From an uncultured Candidatus Saccharibacteria bacterium (GTDB lineage Bacteria > Patescibacteriota > Minisyncoccia > Phycocordibacterales > UBA9973), in assembly GCA_964544225.1 (NCBI GenBank), contig CAZIZK010000003.1, positions 8,419 through 72,418 on the forward strand: a stretch of DNA of 64,000 nucleotides, given 5' to 3'. Below are positions 1 to 9,454 of the stretch, in pieces. The notes below the pieces were generated by a model, which worked only from the letters and a program-made list of their open reading frames with translations, was not told the origin of the DNA and ran no database searches. The translations under genes and the position numbers were made by a program. Numbering within the stretch: position 1 is the stretch's first letter; every line of letters begins with the position of its first letter.

Positions 1-489
1 ACAGGCTTTACTACCCATGGTGCAGGCATCTTGTTCCATACCATCTTTGCACGAGACATGGCATATTCATCCACAGGGCCATCGAAGTCGGATTGGTAAA
101 GTGGTAGCAATACATGCTGTGGTGTCTTTATATCCAGGCTATTGAATCGTTCACGAGCCAGGCGCCTGTTGTAACCCATACTGTGTGGAAATATTCCAGA
201 CCCAGTGTACGGTATATGCCAATGATCCAGTATCTGCTGGAGCTTGCCATCTTGGCCAAAGCTTCCATGCAGTGCGTTGAATATTACATCTACTTTATCA
301 TTGATCTTGTCTATAGATATAGGTAACCCGCGATAATGCAATACACCATCGCGATCGATCAATAAATCAATAGCCTGGTATTTATCTTTTAAAATATCAC
401 CATGCAAAGATGCAAGAACATGCGCCCCTGTTGCAAGCGACATGTCATACTCATTATTTACTCCTCCACGAATTACACCAACGCGTATC
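1..489 (-). CDS. ddl: D-alanine--D-alanine ligase, N-terminal part. The gene continues beyond the window start.
   Basis: The minus-strand reading frame opens at the ATG at 489..487 and runs off coordinate 1 with no stop. The translation begins MIRVGVIRGGVNNEYDMSLATG...LHGSFGQDGKLQQIL, which is the typical N-terminal domain of Ddl. It is absent from the ORF track because it is cut by the window edge. Confidence 0.7.
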
Positions 490-628
490 ATATTTATATT
501 ATAACAAAAATTTCCTAAAATAGTTCTTGAGCAGGAACTTGCGCAGGCCTGACTGAGGCCGAGCAGAGCAGAAAATTCACCAGAATTTTACGCGTGTCCT
601 GTGAAAGAAGCTATTTTAGGAAATTTTA

Positions 629-1933
629 TTAGAACATATTCTTGCGACTCTTTTTGCGATAGTACGATATAGCAAACCGGTGTGCTTCCACATTGGCCAA
701 CAATATTGCCTTTTTGTGTTGCTTTATTATGTCTTCCTTACCTATGATAGCCTTGGCTTTATGCTTGTCGTCCTTCACTACACCTACAATAGGGATCTTT
801 AGCATGTACCTATCCATTACCCTCTTGGCTACATTTATCTGAGCAGTAGAACCATCCATAACCACTAGATCCGGCATCCCCCACTCGGTATGTCGGAAAC
901 GACGTGACAATACTTCATCGAGCGCCCCTGTATCATTGGCACCACTTTGGGTACGGATTATGAACTTCTTGTATTCACTTTTATCCACTTCACCCCCTGC
1001 CACCACTGTCATTACCCCTACCATATTCTGCCCACTCATATGGGCTATGTCATATGCTTCGATTCGAAAATTTTGAGAAGGAAGATATTTGCTTTGAAGG
1101 ACGGCCGCAGAAAATTTCGCTTGGTTTCCGCTTTTAGCGGAAGAAATTTTCGAGGACAAGCGAACTTCTCGCTGGAAAGAAGTGAGCGGTCCTGAAAAGT
1201 AATTATCTTCCGAATCTTTTATCAGAGCCACATCATTTATATGTTCGAGGGCAAATATCTTCCTCTTTATTTCCCCTGCCTGTTCGAACTTACGCAACTT
1301 TGCACAAGCCATCATATCCTTCTTTAGATTTGAAATAATATTCTTCTTTTTACCTTGGAAAAATAATATTAAGTTTTTAATATTATTTTTATACTCTTTA
1401 TTTATATCTTCGGGGGTCAGACCAAGCTGTTTATAAAACTCTGTATTCTGCTTCTTACTAGAACTATCATCCACATATGGGAAGATCCTGCGGATGATCT
1501 TCATAGCTTCGCGCAGTTGCAGGCCATTTGGAAACGGACCAAAAACTTTCTTGTATTTCGACTTGTCCAGGCTTCTACCACGAATAGTTAGGACTTTAGG
1601 AATTGCATCCTTACTAATACAAACATAATTGAAACTCTTATTATCCTTCTCCTTTGTATTGTATTTCGGCTGATGCTTCTTTATAAGGTTTGCTTCTAGG
1701 ATCAACGCTTCCAGAACACTGTCGGTAACTTCAAACTTTATCTTGTCTGCCTTTGTTACCATATCTACAAGAAGTGGGCCACGGGTAGCTATCAAGTCAC
1801 GCCCAAAATAGCTCGCAACTCTTGAGCGTAGTGATGTAGCCTTGCCTATATATAACAATTCCCTACCCGCGTAGAAAAAGTAAACACCTGGCTTGTCGGG
1901 GAGTTTATTCTTTTTAAAGTCTTTAGAGTTCAT
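629..1933 (-). CDS. uvrC: Excinuclease ABC subunit C (UvrC), compact form
   Basis: It has an N-terminal GIY-YIG motif (GVYFFY...LYIGKA) and a C-terminal RNase-H-like endonuclease motif (EAHRFAISYYRKK). At 434 aa it is shorter than canonical UvrC and ends without the C-terminal HhH tail. Confidence 0.88.
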   Translation of the reverse strand: MNSKDFKKNKLPDKPGVYFFYAGRELLYIGKATSLRSRVASYFGRDLIATRGPLLVDMVTKADKIKFEVTDSVLEALILEANLIKKHQPKYNTKEKDNKSFNYVCISKDAIPKVLTIRGRSLDKSKYKKVFGPFPNGLQLREAMKIIRRIFPYVDDSSSKKQNTEFYKQLGLTPEDINKEYKNNIKNLILFFQGKKKNIISNLKKDMMACAKLRKFEQAGEIKRKIFALEHINDVALIKDSEDNYFSGPLTSFQREVRLSSKISSAKSGNQAKFSAAVLQSKYLPSQNFRIEAYDIAHMSGQNMVGVMTVVAGGEVDKSEYKKFIIRTQSGANDTGALDEVLSRRFRHTEWGMPDLVVMDGSTAQINVAKRVMDRYMLKIPIVGVVKDDKHKAKAIIGKEDIIKQHKKAILLANVEAHRFAISYYRKKSRKNMF

Positions 1934-1934
1934 T

Positions 1935-4556
1935 TTATTTTCTACCTTTTATTAGGACCTTCTTTAGGTATTTACCGGTGTGCGAGTTCTTGTTATTGGC
2001 TACTTCCTCTGGAGTACCACGCGCCACTATCTTGCCACCACCAAGACCACCTTCAGGGCCAATGTCGATAAGGTAGTCAGAACATTTTATAATATCCATA
2101 TTGTGTTCGATCAATACAACAGTGTTACCCTTGTCTACCAATTTATTCAACACTTCTAGAAGCTTTGCTACATCGTCATAATGCAATCCAACTGTTGGCT
2201 CGTCTAATAAGTATATAGTTTTTTCTGTATGTGGACGGTAAAGTTCACTAGATATCTTTACACGTTGAGCCTCACCACCGGAAAGTGTTGTTGCACTCTG
2301 CCCCAACTTTACATAACCAAGCCCTACATCCATCAATGTCTGCAAGCGGTCATTTATAGCTGGAATATCTTCGAAGAATTTTACACCCTCCTCCACTGTC
2401 ATCTGCAATACTTCATAAATATTCTTCTTGTTGTATTTTACTTTTAGAGTTTCTTTGTCGAAGCGCTTGCCCATACACACATCACAAGTTACATACACTG
2501 TCGGTAGGAAGTGCATCTCCACAGCTATCTCGCCATTACCTTCACAAGCTTCACAGCGACCCCCCTTCACATTGAAGGAGAATCGGTTCGACTTCCACCC
2601 ACGAATACGCGCCTCGTCGGTTGCCGCGAACAAGTCACGGATATGTGTAAATGAACCAGTATAAGTAGAAATGTTGGATCGTGGTGTACGGCCTATTGGT
2701 GACTGGTCGATAAGTATCGCGCGGGAAAGATATTCAGTTCCAGTGAAGCTGGCACAATTATAAGTCTTTGCGGTGCGTAGCTTCCTCTCCAGTCTGCCTT
2801 GCAAATTCTTGTAAAGAATTTCATACATGAACGAACTTTTACCCGAGCCGGACACACCAGTAATAGACACCATCTTGCCTAGTGGTATCTCTGCATTTAG
2901 ATTATCAATATTAAATACTTTACCACTTACTATCTTTAGCATGCCTTTGTCCTTCTCCCTCCTTTTCTCTGGAACATTTATTTTTACTTCATCACGCAAG
3001 TATGCAAGGGTGCGACTGCCCGATTTGTTCTTTGGAGCATCGAGTAATTCCTGTAGCCATCCAGCCTCTACCACCTGGCCACCATGAACCCCAGCTTTTG
3101 GACCAATGTCCACAATATAGTCTGCTGCATAGATAGTGTCCTCGTCGTGCTCCACCACAAGGATAGTATTGCCGAGGTCACGAAGGTCTTCGAGTGTCTT
3201 TATCAGTTTATCGTTGTCGCGCTGGTGTAGGCCTATTGTAGGCTCGTCTAGCACATATAGGGCACCCACTAGGCGTGAGCCCAGCTGGCTGGCTAGGCGT
3301 ATACGCTGACTTTCCCCACCGGAAAGAGTATTGGCCTTACGGTCCAATGACAAATAATCCAAGCCCACATTTAGTAGGAACTGGATACGAGCCTCTATTT
3401 CTTTTATAACTACTTTTGATATTTCCTTTTCTTGTTCGGTAAGCTTTAGCTCGATAAAGAAGTCGGCAACATTAGTTATAGAAAGTTTTGTAATGTTTAC
3501 AATATTTACTTTTTTGTTACCTAGGTATACATGCAGTGCTTCAGTACGTAGGCGTGCGCCATTACACTTTTCACATACTTCATCACCTCCAAAATATTTT
3601 GAGCCTAGGCCATTACATTCTGGACATGCGCCGTATGGTGAGTTGAAAGAGAACAAGCGAGGCTCTACTTCCGGGAAAGAGAATCCGTCATTTGCACAAG
3701 CAAACTTTGCAGATAACAAAATCTCTTCCTCGCCTATTACCACATTTACCAAGCCTTCACTTTCCAACAACGCCCTCTCTACACTCTCGGCAAGACGTGC
3801 ACGAGAGTCTTCAGCCTTGTCTTTAAATTCGTGAAGTTGAAATGCATCTACTAATACATCGATATCGTGAGTCTTTGTCTTTGACATATCTATCCTGTCG
3901 CGAAGACTTTTGATATTGCCATCGAGTCGGATCTTCTGGAAGCCTTTGCCAAGTAAATCATAAAGAAGCTGATAGTACTCGCCCTTTCTACCACGTACCA
4001 CAGGTGAGAATATCTGAATCGGAGTCTCGTCCCACTCTACACCCATTACATTCTTTTTCTTACCTAACTTTTTATATTCATTTATCTTTTCTAAAATAAA
4101 ATTAATTATTTCTTCGTTCGATAGCCTCTTGATCTCATCGCCACACTCTGGGCAGTGTGGTCGGCCAATACGCGCATACAATACACGCAAGTAGTCGTAT
4201 ATCTCAGTAATTGTTGCAACTGTTGAACGTGGGTTGTTCGAGCGGGATTTCTGATCAATAGATATAGCTGGGGAAAGACCGGTGATCTCGTCTACATCGG
4301 GCTTTGGCATTTGGTTTAGGAACTGGCGAGCATATGCAGACAGACTCTCCACATATCTACGCTGACCCTCGGCAAAGATAGTATCGAATGCAAGCGAGCT
4401 TTTACCCGAGCCAGACATACCAGTAATAACCACCATCTTGTTGCGTGGCATTTCTAGGCTTATGTTCTTTAGGTTATGGGTCCTGGCCCCTTTCACCACA
4501 ATTTTATCTCCTTCTATTTTTTTCATAAATATATATAACCCAAACTCACCCGCCAA
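1935..4556 (-). CDS. uvrA: Excinuclease ABC subunit A (UvrA)
   Basis: An 873-aa protein with two ABC ATPase modules (GMSGSGKSSLAFDTI and GVSGSGKSS), LSGGE signature motifs and zinc-finger cysteines. It lies 1 nt upstream of uvrC. Confidence 0.95.
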   Translation of the reverse strand: MAGEFGLYIFMKKIEGDKIVVKGARTHNLKNISLEMPRNKMVVITGMSGSGKSSLAFDTIFAEGQRRYVESLSAYARQFLNQMPKPDVDEITGLSPAISIDQKSRSNNPRSTVATITEIYDYLRVLYARIGRPHCPECGDEIKRLSNEEIINFILEKINEYKKLGKKKNVMGVEWDETPIQIFSPVVRGRKGEYYQLLYDLLGKGFQKIRLDGNIKSLRDRIDMSKTKTHDIDVLVDAFQLHEFKDKAEDSRARLAESVERALLESEGLVNVVIGEEEILLSAKFACANDGFSFPEVEPRLFSFNSPYGACPECNGLGSKYFGGDEVCEKCNGARLRTEALHVYLGNKKVNIVNITKLSITNVADFFIELKLTEQEKEISKVVIKEIEARIQFLLNVGLDYLSLDRKANTLSGGESQRIRLASQLGSRLVGALYVLDEPTIGLHQRDNDKLIKTLEDLRDLGNTILVVEHDEDTIYAADYIVDIGPKAGVHGGQVVEAGWLQELLDAPKNKSGSRTLAYLRDEVKINVPEKRREKDKGMLKIVSGKVFNIDNLNAEIPLGKMVSITGVSGSGKSSFMYEILYKNLQGRLERKLRTAKTYNCASFTGTEYLSRAILIDQSPIGRTPRSNISTYTGSFTHIRDLFAATDEARIRGWKSNRFSFNVKGGRCEACEGNGEIAVEMHFLPTVYVTCDVCMGKRFDKETLKVKYNKKNIYEVLQMTVEEGVKFFEDIPAINDRLQTLMDVGLGYVKLGQSATTLSGGEAQRVKISSELYRPHTEKTIYLLDEPTVGLHYDDVAKLLEVLNKLVDKGNTVVLIEHNMDIIKCSDYLIDIGPEGGLGGGKIVARGTPEEVANNKNSHTGKYLKKVLIKGRK

Positions 4557-4666
4557 AACTGTATATGGGGGTGCACCAATATTTAACTATGTCCATTTTA
4601 GCACACCAACCCACACTTGACAAATATATTTTATATAGTAATATAAAAGAAAAAATAATAGGAAAA

Positions 4667-5113
4667 ATGAAGAAAGAAATATTAATGCTATTATTTATAG
4701 CATTTTCAGGAAGCACATTTGCGCAAGACACATTACGCATAAGTGCAGGATTAACCCTTGTTCCCCAAGGGGCGATAGATTTAACCAATATTAATGGTTT
4801 CAAATCTTATACAAATATATTTAGTGGATTAACAGTAAGTAAAGGAAGGTGGTTCAACACAACTTTTTACAGTTTCACTTTCAATCAATTAGGTACAGCA
4901 TTTGGTTTTAACCATAACAAGTATCTAGTTAGTTATGTAGTTTATGCAAAAACAACTACAAAATCAAAAAGTGATTATTTGGGATTTGGCTTAGGTACAC
5001 CACTAGCCAAAGGCCGAGCAACTGGCTTTATTGAAACAGGTTCAAGCACTTACAAATACACCCCTGGATTATATATTGGGATGTTCATTCCTTTTAATAC
5101 AAAATTAAGGTAA
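4667..5113 (+). CDS. Hypothetical secreted or outer-surface protein of 148 aa
   Basis: The start was moved from the ORF-track ATG at 4565 to the ATG at 4667, which is preceded by the ribosome-binding site AGGAAAAATG. The protein begins MKKEILMLLFIAFSGSTFAQ, a signal-peptide-like sequence, and the remainder is rich in predicted beta strands. I recognise no homolog. Confidence 0.45.
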   Translation: MKKEILMLLFIAFSGSTFAQDTLRISAGLTLVPQGAIDLTNINGFKSYTNIFSGLTVSKGRWFNTTFYSFTFNQLGTAFGFNHNKYLVSYVVYAKTTTKSKSDYLGFGLGTPLAKGRATGFIETGSSTYKYTPGLYIGMFIPFNTKLR

Positions 5114-5133
5114 GGGAATTATGTAAAAAATCC

Positions 5134-5301
5134 GGAGGATTAGCTCAGTTGGCAGAGCATTGCATTATCAAATGATAGAAATTTTATCGGAATTGGATTT
5201 CTGGTGATCTAAAAATTTTAGTATTTGTGTTTTCGCGAGACACATTATTGAAGTATTTATCTTTTGAGCAAAGGTCAGGGGTTCGAATCCCTTATCCTTC
5301 A
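5134..5301 (+). tRNA. tRNA gene interrupted by an intervening sequence of about 95 nt in the anticodon-arm region. Isotype is unresolved.
   Basis: The 5' part reads GGAGGAT-TA-GCTC-AGTTGGCA-GAGC-A-TTGCA-TTATCAA, giving acceptor stem, D-arm and the 5' strand of the anticodon stem. The 3' part reads AGCAA-AGGTC-AGGGG-TTCGAAT-CCCTT-ATCCTTC-A, giving the 3' strand of the anticodon stem, a 5-nt variable loop, the T-arm, the matching acceptor strand and a discriminator A. About 95 AT-rich nucleotides (roughly 5172..5266) separate the two halves. CCA is not encoded. Confidence 0.55.
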
Positions 5302-5304
5302 CGA

Positions 5305-5336
5305 AGGCGTCTGAATCATCAGACGCCTTTTTTATT
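5305..5336 (+). terminator. Rho-independent terminator downstream of the tRNA
   Basis: The stem GGCGTCTGA/TCAGACGCC with loop ATCA is followed by TTTTTTATTT. The stop codon of uvrB on the opposite strand sits in the T-run. Confidence 0.6.
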
Positions 5337-7434
5337 TCTCAACTTTTTTTAGGCGTTCGAGGAGGACACCTATTTCATCACGCAATATTGCTGCAGTTTC
5401 AAAGTCCAGAGCTTTAACTGCGTTCTTCATCTCCTTCTCTTTTATCTTTATTATTTTATCATACACCATGGTCTTCCTCTCTGAGTCTGAAACTAGCAAG
5501 TTCTTTACCTGGGCGCTCTCGGTCTTGCCCTTACCCTTCTTACTTACACTCACCATCTTTTCAAATAAGTCTATATCCAGATCAAGCTCGGCATTTACTG
5601 CCTTTGCATGCTTGCTCTCCAGTTCCTCAGTTATGTCGTTGATCTTCTTCAATATTGTTTTGGGGGTTATGCCGTGCTTTTTATTATAAGCTATCTGGAT
5701 ATCCCTTCTGCGATTTGTCTCCCCCATTGCGCGCTCCATAGAGCCTGTAATATTATTAGCATAAAGTATCACCCTACCTTCGGCATTGCGGGCTGCACGG
5801 CCGATGGTTTGGATGAGTGATGTCTCAGAACGGAGGAAGCCTTCCTTGTCGGCATCAAGAACTCCGATGAGTGCCACCTCGGGCAAGTCCAAACCTTCAC
5901 GAAGCAAGTTCACACCCACTATTACATCAAAGTCACCCTTGCGGAATTGGGTAAGTATTTGGATGCGTTCGATTGTCTTGATCTCGCTGTGTAGATATTC
6001 GGCTTTGATACCTTTATCTTTTAGATACGTTGTGAGGTCTTCTGCCATCCTCTTTGTCAGAGTTGTGGCTATAACACGAAAGCCTTTCTTGATTGTCTTC
6101 TCTGTTTCAGCGATAAAGTCTTGCACTTGGCCTTTATATTCACCAACTGCACTCACAGGCTTCACTATTATCTCGGGATCTATCAATCCTGTTGGGCGAA
6201 TGATCTGCTCTACTATCTGGTCACTCATTTCTTTTTCCCTATCGCTTGGAGTTGCAGAGACATATATGGTCTGCCCTACACGTTCGTCGAACTCTTCATA
6301 CTTTAGTGGACGGTTATCCTTTGCACTTGGAAGTCGGAATCCAAACTCTACCAAAGTATTCTTGCGTGAAGCATCGGCTGCATACATACCACCTAGCTGT
6401 GGTAGTGTTACGTGTGACTCGTCGATAATAGTTAGAAAGTCTTTGCCGAAATACGATATCAGTGTATCAGGTGCTTCACCAGCCTTCTTTCCAGAAAATA
6501 ATCGTGAATAGTTCTCGATACCATTACAATACCCAACCTCGCGTATCATAGCCAAGTCATAGTTCGTACGGCGACGAAGACGCTCGGCTTCCAACACTTT
6601 GCCTTCCTTCTCGAACTTCTTTAACTGCGTAGCAAGCTCGGCCTTTATCAGTTTAATAGCGCGGTCCTTTTCCTCCTTATCTGTTATAAAATGTTTTGCC
6701 GGGAAAAGGAATATACCTTCCTCCTCTTTTAATACTACCGAAGACACTGGGTCCACCTTTAGAATCTTTGCTATCTTACTACCATTAAATTCAATCTGAT
6801 ATACAAAAGTCTCAGACACGGGCATTACCTCCACCATGCCACCAATAGATCGGAATTGCCCTGGATTAATATCGGCATTGGTGCGCTCGAAGTGAACATT
6901 GATCAAGTTCTTCATCAGTTCCAACCTGTCCATCTTCATACCGACAGACAATTTCATATTTACCTTCTCGTACGCCTCGGGGCTACCAAGGCCGTATATA
7001 CAAGACACCGATGCCACAATGATCACATCTTTGCGGGTCAGTACTGCCTGAGTAGATGCATGGCGGAGTCTGTCTATCTCTTTATTTATCTGGGCATCCT
7101 TCTCGATATAAGTATCGGTAGTGGGCATGTAAGCCTCGGGTTGGTAGTAGTCATAATATGATACGAAATAATGCACCGCAGCGTCGGGGAAAAATTCGCG
7201 GAACTCTTGTGCTAATTGTGCAGCCAGAGTTTTATTATGGGCGATTATCAATGTTGGCTTGCCAACTTGGGCTATGACATTGGCCATGGTAAATGTCTTA
7301 CCAGTTCCAGTAGCCCCCAATAATGTCTGCTTTGCCATACCTTTATCCAGGCCCTTTACCAACTCCGAAATAGCCTTTGGCTGGTCACCATCAGGCTTGA
7401 AATCACTCTTTAGTTTGAATACACTTTTAGACAT
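5332..7434 (-). CDS. uvrB: Excinuclease ABC subunit B (UvrB)
   Basis: A 700-aa protein with the helicase Walker A motif GATGTGKT, the sequence YFVSYYDYYQPEAY, and the C-terminal UvrC-interaction coiled coil (FETAAILRDEI). Confidence 0.95.
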   Translation of the reverse strand: MSKSVFKLKSDFKPDGDQPKAISELVKGLDKGMAKQTLLGATGTGKTFTMANVIAQVGKPTLIIAHNKTLAAQLAQEFREFFPDAAVHYFVSYYDYYQPEAYMPTTDTYIEKDAQINKEIDRLRHASTQAVLTRKDVIIVASVSCIYGLGSPEAYEKVNMKLSVGMKMDRLELMKNLINVHFERTNADINPGQFRSIGGMVEVMPVSETFVYQIEFNGSKIAKILKVDPVSSVVLKEEEGIFLFPAKHFITDKEEKDRAIKLIKAELATQLKKFEKEGKVLEAERLRRRTNYDLAMIREVGYCNGIENYSRLFSGKKAGEAPDTLISYFGKDFLTIIDESHVTLPQLGGMYAADASRKNTLVEFGFRLPSAKDNRPLKYEEFDERVGQTIYVSATPSDREKEMSDQIVEQIIRPTGLIDPEIIVKPVSAVGEYKGQVQDFIAETEKTIKKGFRVIATTLTKRMAEDLTTYLKDKGIKAEYLHSEIKTIERIQILTQFRKGDFDVIVGVNLLREGLDLPEVALIGVLDADKEGFLRSETSLIQTIGRAARNAEGRVILYANNITGSMERAMGETNRRRDIQIAYNKKHGITPKTILKKINDITEELESKHAKAVNAELDLDIDLFEKMVSVSKKGKGKTESAQVKNLLVSDSERKTMVYDKIIKIKEKEMKNAVKALDFETAAILRDEIGVLLERLKKVEK

Positions 7435-8635
7435 TATTTTTATTATACTCTGAAAGAAAAGATTCTTTCAATTCTTTGAAATTGCCATCCAGGATTGACT
7501 GACGCATGTCGGCGACGAGCTTGGTTATAAAGTATACGTTGTGGATAGTGGCCAATGTGGCAGCCTCCATCTCCTTTGCGCGAAAGAGGTGCGATAGGTA
7601 TGCAGAAGTATAATTACTACATGTATAACAGGCACAATCTTTTTCTATTGGCTCGAACATGTTTACAAACCTTGCATTCATTAAATTAATCTTGCCAGAG
7701 TGGGTAAACACTGTGCCATTGCGTGCAATACGTGTGGGACCAACACAGTCAAAAAGGTCCACCCCATTCTCCACACCCATAAATAGATCTTCGGGTTCAC
7801 CAATACCTAGTAAGTGCCTTGGTTTGTCCTCGGGTAATATTTCATTGACCCATTTTACAGCTGTCTCCATATCCTCCTTTGCAAAGCTTCCACCAATACC
7901 AAAGCCGTCGAAATCCATCGCGCCTATCACCTCTGCCGACTTTTTCCTCAAGCCTTCATCTCTTCCACCTTGCACTATTCCAAACAAAGCTTGATCAGTA
8001 TTTTTAGATTTATGATATTCAAGAGAACGCTTTGCCCAAGCGTGTGTACGATCCAATGCTTCAGACTGGTAACGCAGATCTTCAGTGGGTGAAGTACATT
8101 CATCAAAAGCAAATATCATATCGGCGCCCAAGTTGTGTTGGATCTCGATAGACTTCTCGGGTGTGATGTAATGCAAGCTTCCATCCAGATGTGACTTGAA
8201 AGACACTCCATCATTACCCACTTTTGCCAAAGGTGCATCACTGTCTGTGGATCGTTCGGGTATCAAGAAGCTAGGGTCAGTTATGGAAACTACTTTTGAC
8301 ATCTCCTTGCCATACGCAGCTCCGAGCGAGAAGACTTGGAAGCCTCCACTGTCTGTCATAGTCGGACCAGACCAGTTCATAAATTTCCCCAATCCGCCGG
8401 CATCACGCACCAATTCGTCACCTGGTTGTAGATAAAGATGATAAGTATTCGCCAATACCACTTGTACCCCAGCATCACGAACCTGCTCGGGAGTCAGGGC
8501 CTTTACTGTGGCCTTGGTACCTACAGCAACATATGCGGGCGTCAGAATATCCCCATGCACAGTATGTATCACACCAGCACGCCCAAGTTCACCATCCAAT
8601 TTTTTATTTATTTCAAAAAGAAATTTATTACTCAT
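7427..8635 (-). CDS. tgt: Queuine tRNA-ribosyltransferase
   Basis: It contains TDSGGFQVFSLG and the zinc site CACYTCSNYTSAYLSHL and aligns along its whole length with Tgt. It overlaps uvrB by 8 nt. Confidence 0.9.
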   Translation of the reverse strand: MSNKFLFEINKKLDGELGRAGVIHTVHGDILTPAYVAVGTKATVKALTPEQVRDAGVQVVLANTYHLYLQPGDELVRDAGGLGKFMNWSGPTMTDSGGFQVFSLGAAYGKEMSKVVSITDPSFLIPERSTDSDAPLAKVGNDGVSFKSHLDGSLHYITPEKSIEIQHNLGADMIFAFDECTSPTEDLRYQSEALDRTHAWAKRSLEYHKSKNTDQALFGIVQGGRDEGLRKKSAEVIGAMDFDGFGIGGSFAKEDMETAVKWVNEILPEDKPRHLLGIGEPEDLFMGVENGVDLFDCVGPTRIARNGTVFTHSGKINLMNARFVNMFEPIEKDCACYTCSNYTSAYLSHLFRAKEMEAATLATIHNVYFITKLVADMRQSILDGNFKELKESFLSEYNKNNV

Positions 8636-8662
8636 TCGTAATTCGTAATTTTTAATTCGTAA

Positions 8663-9454
8663 TTATTTCAAAACCTGTACCCACTTTAGATCCTGAATAT
8701 TTACAGGGCTACGAAGTATCACCTTCTTCAATGGGTCGCGTGGGTCCGACACAATATCGGCAACTATCGCTACGATGCGTGAATTTATATTGGGAATTAT
8801 CACATTTGTTCCACTAACTACTTCCATGTCATGAGGAACCATTATCTCAAAGTTACCACCTCCACGGCCGGTAAGTTCGATACTGGCATTGGAGCCTTCG
8901 ATCTGGGCTTCAGTTACAACACCAGCTGTTGAGTACAACTTTACTAAACATGATTTATTATAAACTTCAAATACTCTACCTATAGGTACCTGTGCATTTG
9001 CAAATACTAACTGCCCAACACTCAAGTTGTGATCTGCACCAACATCGAGCACGATAGTGTCATAAGGTGACCTGTTTGGCTTTGTAAGGATCGTACCTAG
9101 GATAAACTCTTCCTTTTCGGTCTTGCGTGATAATAATAATTTCAAATCTTCATTGTCCTTCTTCAATAATTGATAATCAAGCATTGCAAGCTCCAGTTCT
9201 GAAACACGAGCATTTAGATTATAATTATCTTTCTCTAAAGTCTTCTTACTTTTTATAATATTGGTTGATCCATCGATAGCTACATTTACAGTGTCGGCAC
9301 TTCGCCAAAACGGCCTAGCTATTGTATGTAGTAATCCACCCAAGCCTTTGAATAATCCGGCCAATGATAAAAGTACCAGTAGTACAACAAGAATAACGCC
9401 TAATAAAAAGCGCTTCTTTACCCTATCTCTTTTTCTATCGTGGAGGTAAGACAT
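8663..9454 (-). CDS. mreC: Rod-shape-determining protein MreC-like
   Basis: It has an N-terminal transmembrane helix, a coiled-coil segment and a beta-rich C-terminal region. It sits immediately downstream of mreB and overlaps it by 20 nt. Confidence 0.65.
   Translation of the reverse strand: MSYLHDRKRDRVKKRFLLGVILVVLLVLLSLAGLFKGLGGLLHTIARPFWRSADTVNVAIDGSTNIIKSKKTLEKDNYNLNARVSELELAMLDYQLLKKDNEDLKLLLSRKTEKEEFILGTILTKPNRSPYDTIVLDVGADHNLSVGQLVFANAQVPIGRVFEVYNKSCLVKLYSTAGVVTEAQIEGSNASIELTGRGGGNFEIMVPHDMEVVSGTNVIIPNINSRIVAIVADIVSDPRDPLKKVILRSPVNIQDLKWVQVLK

Noticed and set aside
4565-4666. An upstream extension of ORF 4565..5113
   Set aside because: The extension overlaps the uvrA 5' end and lacks a ribosome-binding site. 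The ATG at 4667 has a strong AGGA site and begins a signal peptide.
5134-5301. tmRNA or a type-II tRNA with a long variable arm as explanations for the 168-nt tRNA-like gene
   Set aside because: tmRNA is about 350 nt and starts with a GGGG acceptor and an alanine-tRNA-like end, which is not present here. A long-variable-arm tRNA such as Leu, Ser or Tyr would add only 10 to 15 nt. This insert is about 95 nt and sits in the anticodon region, not the variable region.
5786-6511. A 241-aa plus-strand ORF and neighbouring smaller ORFs
   Set aside because: They lie entirely within uvrB and are antisense to it, and their composition is low-complexity Ser/Arg. The ORFs inside uvrA, rpoB, rpoC, gyrB and smc (34215..35450) were rejected for the same reason.
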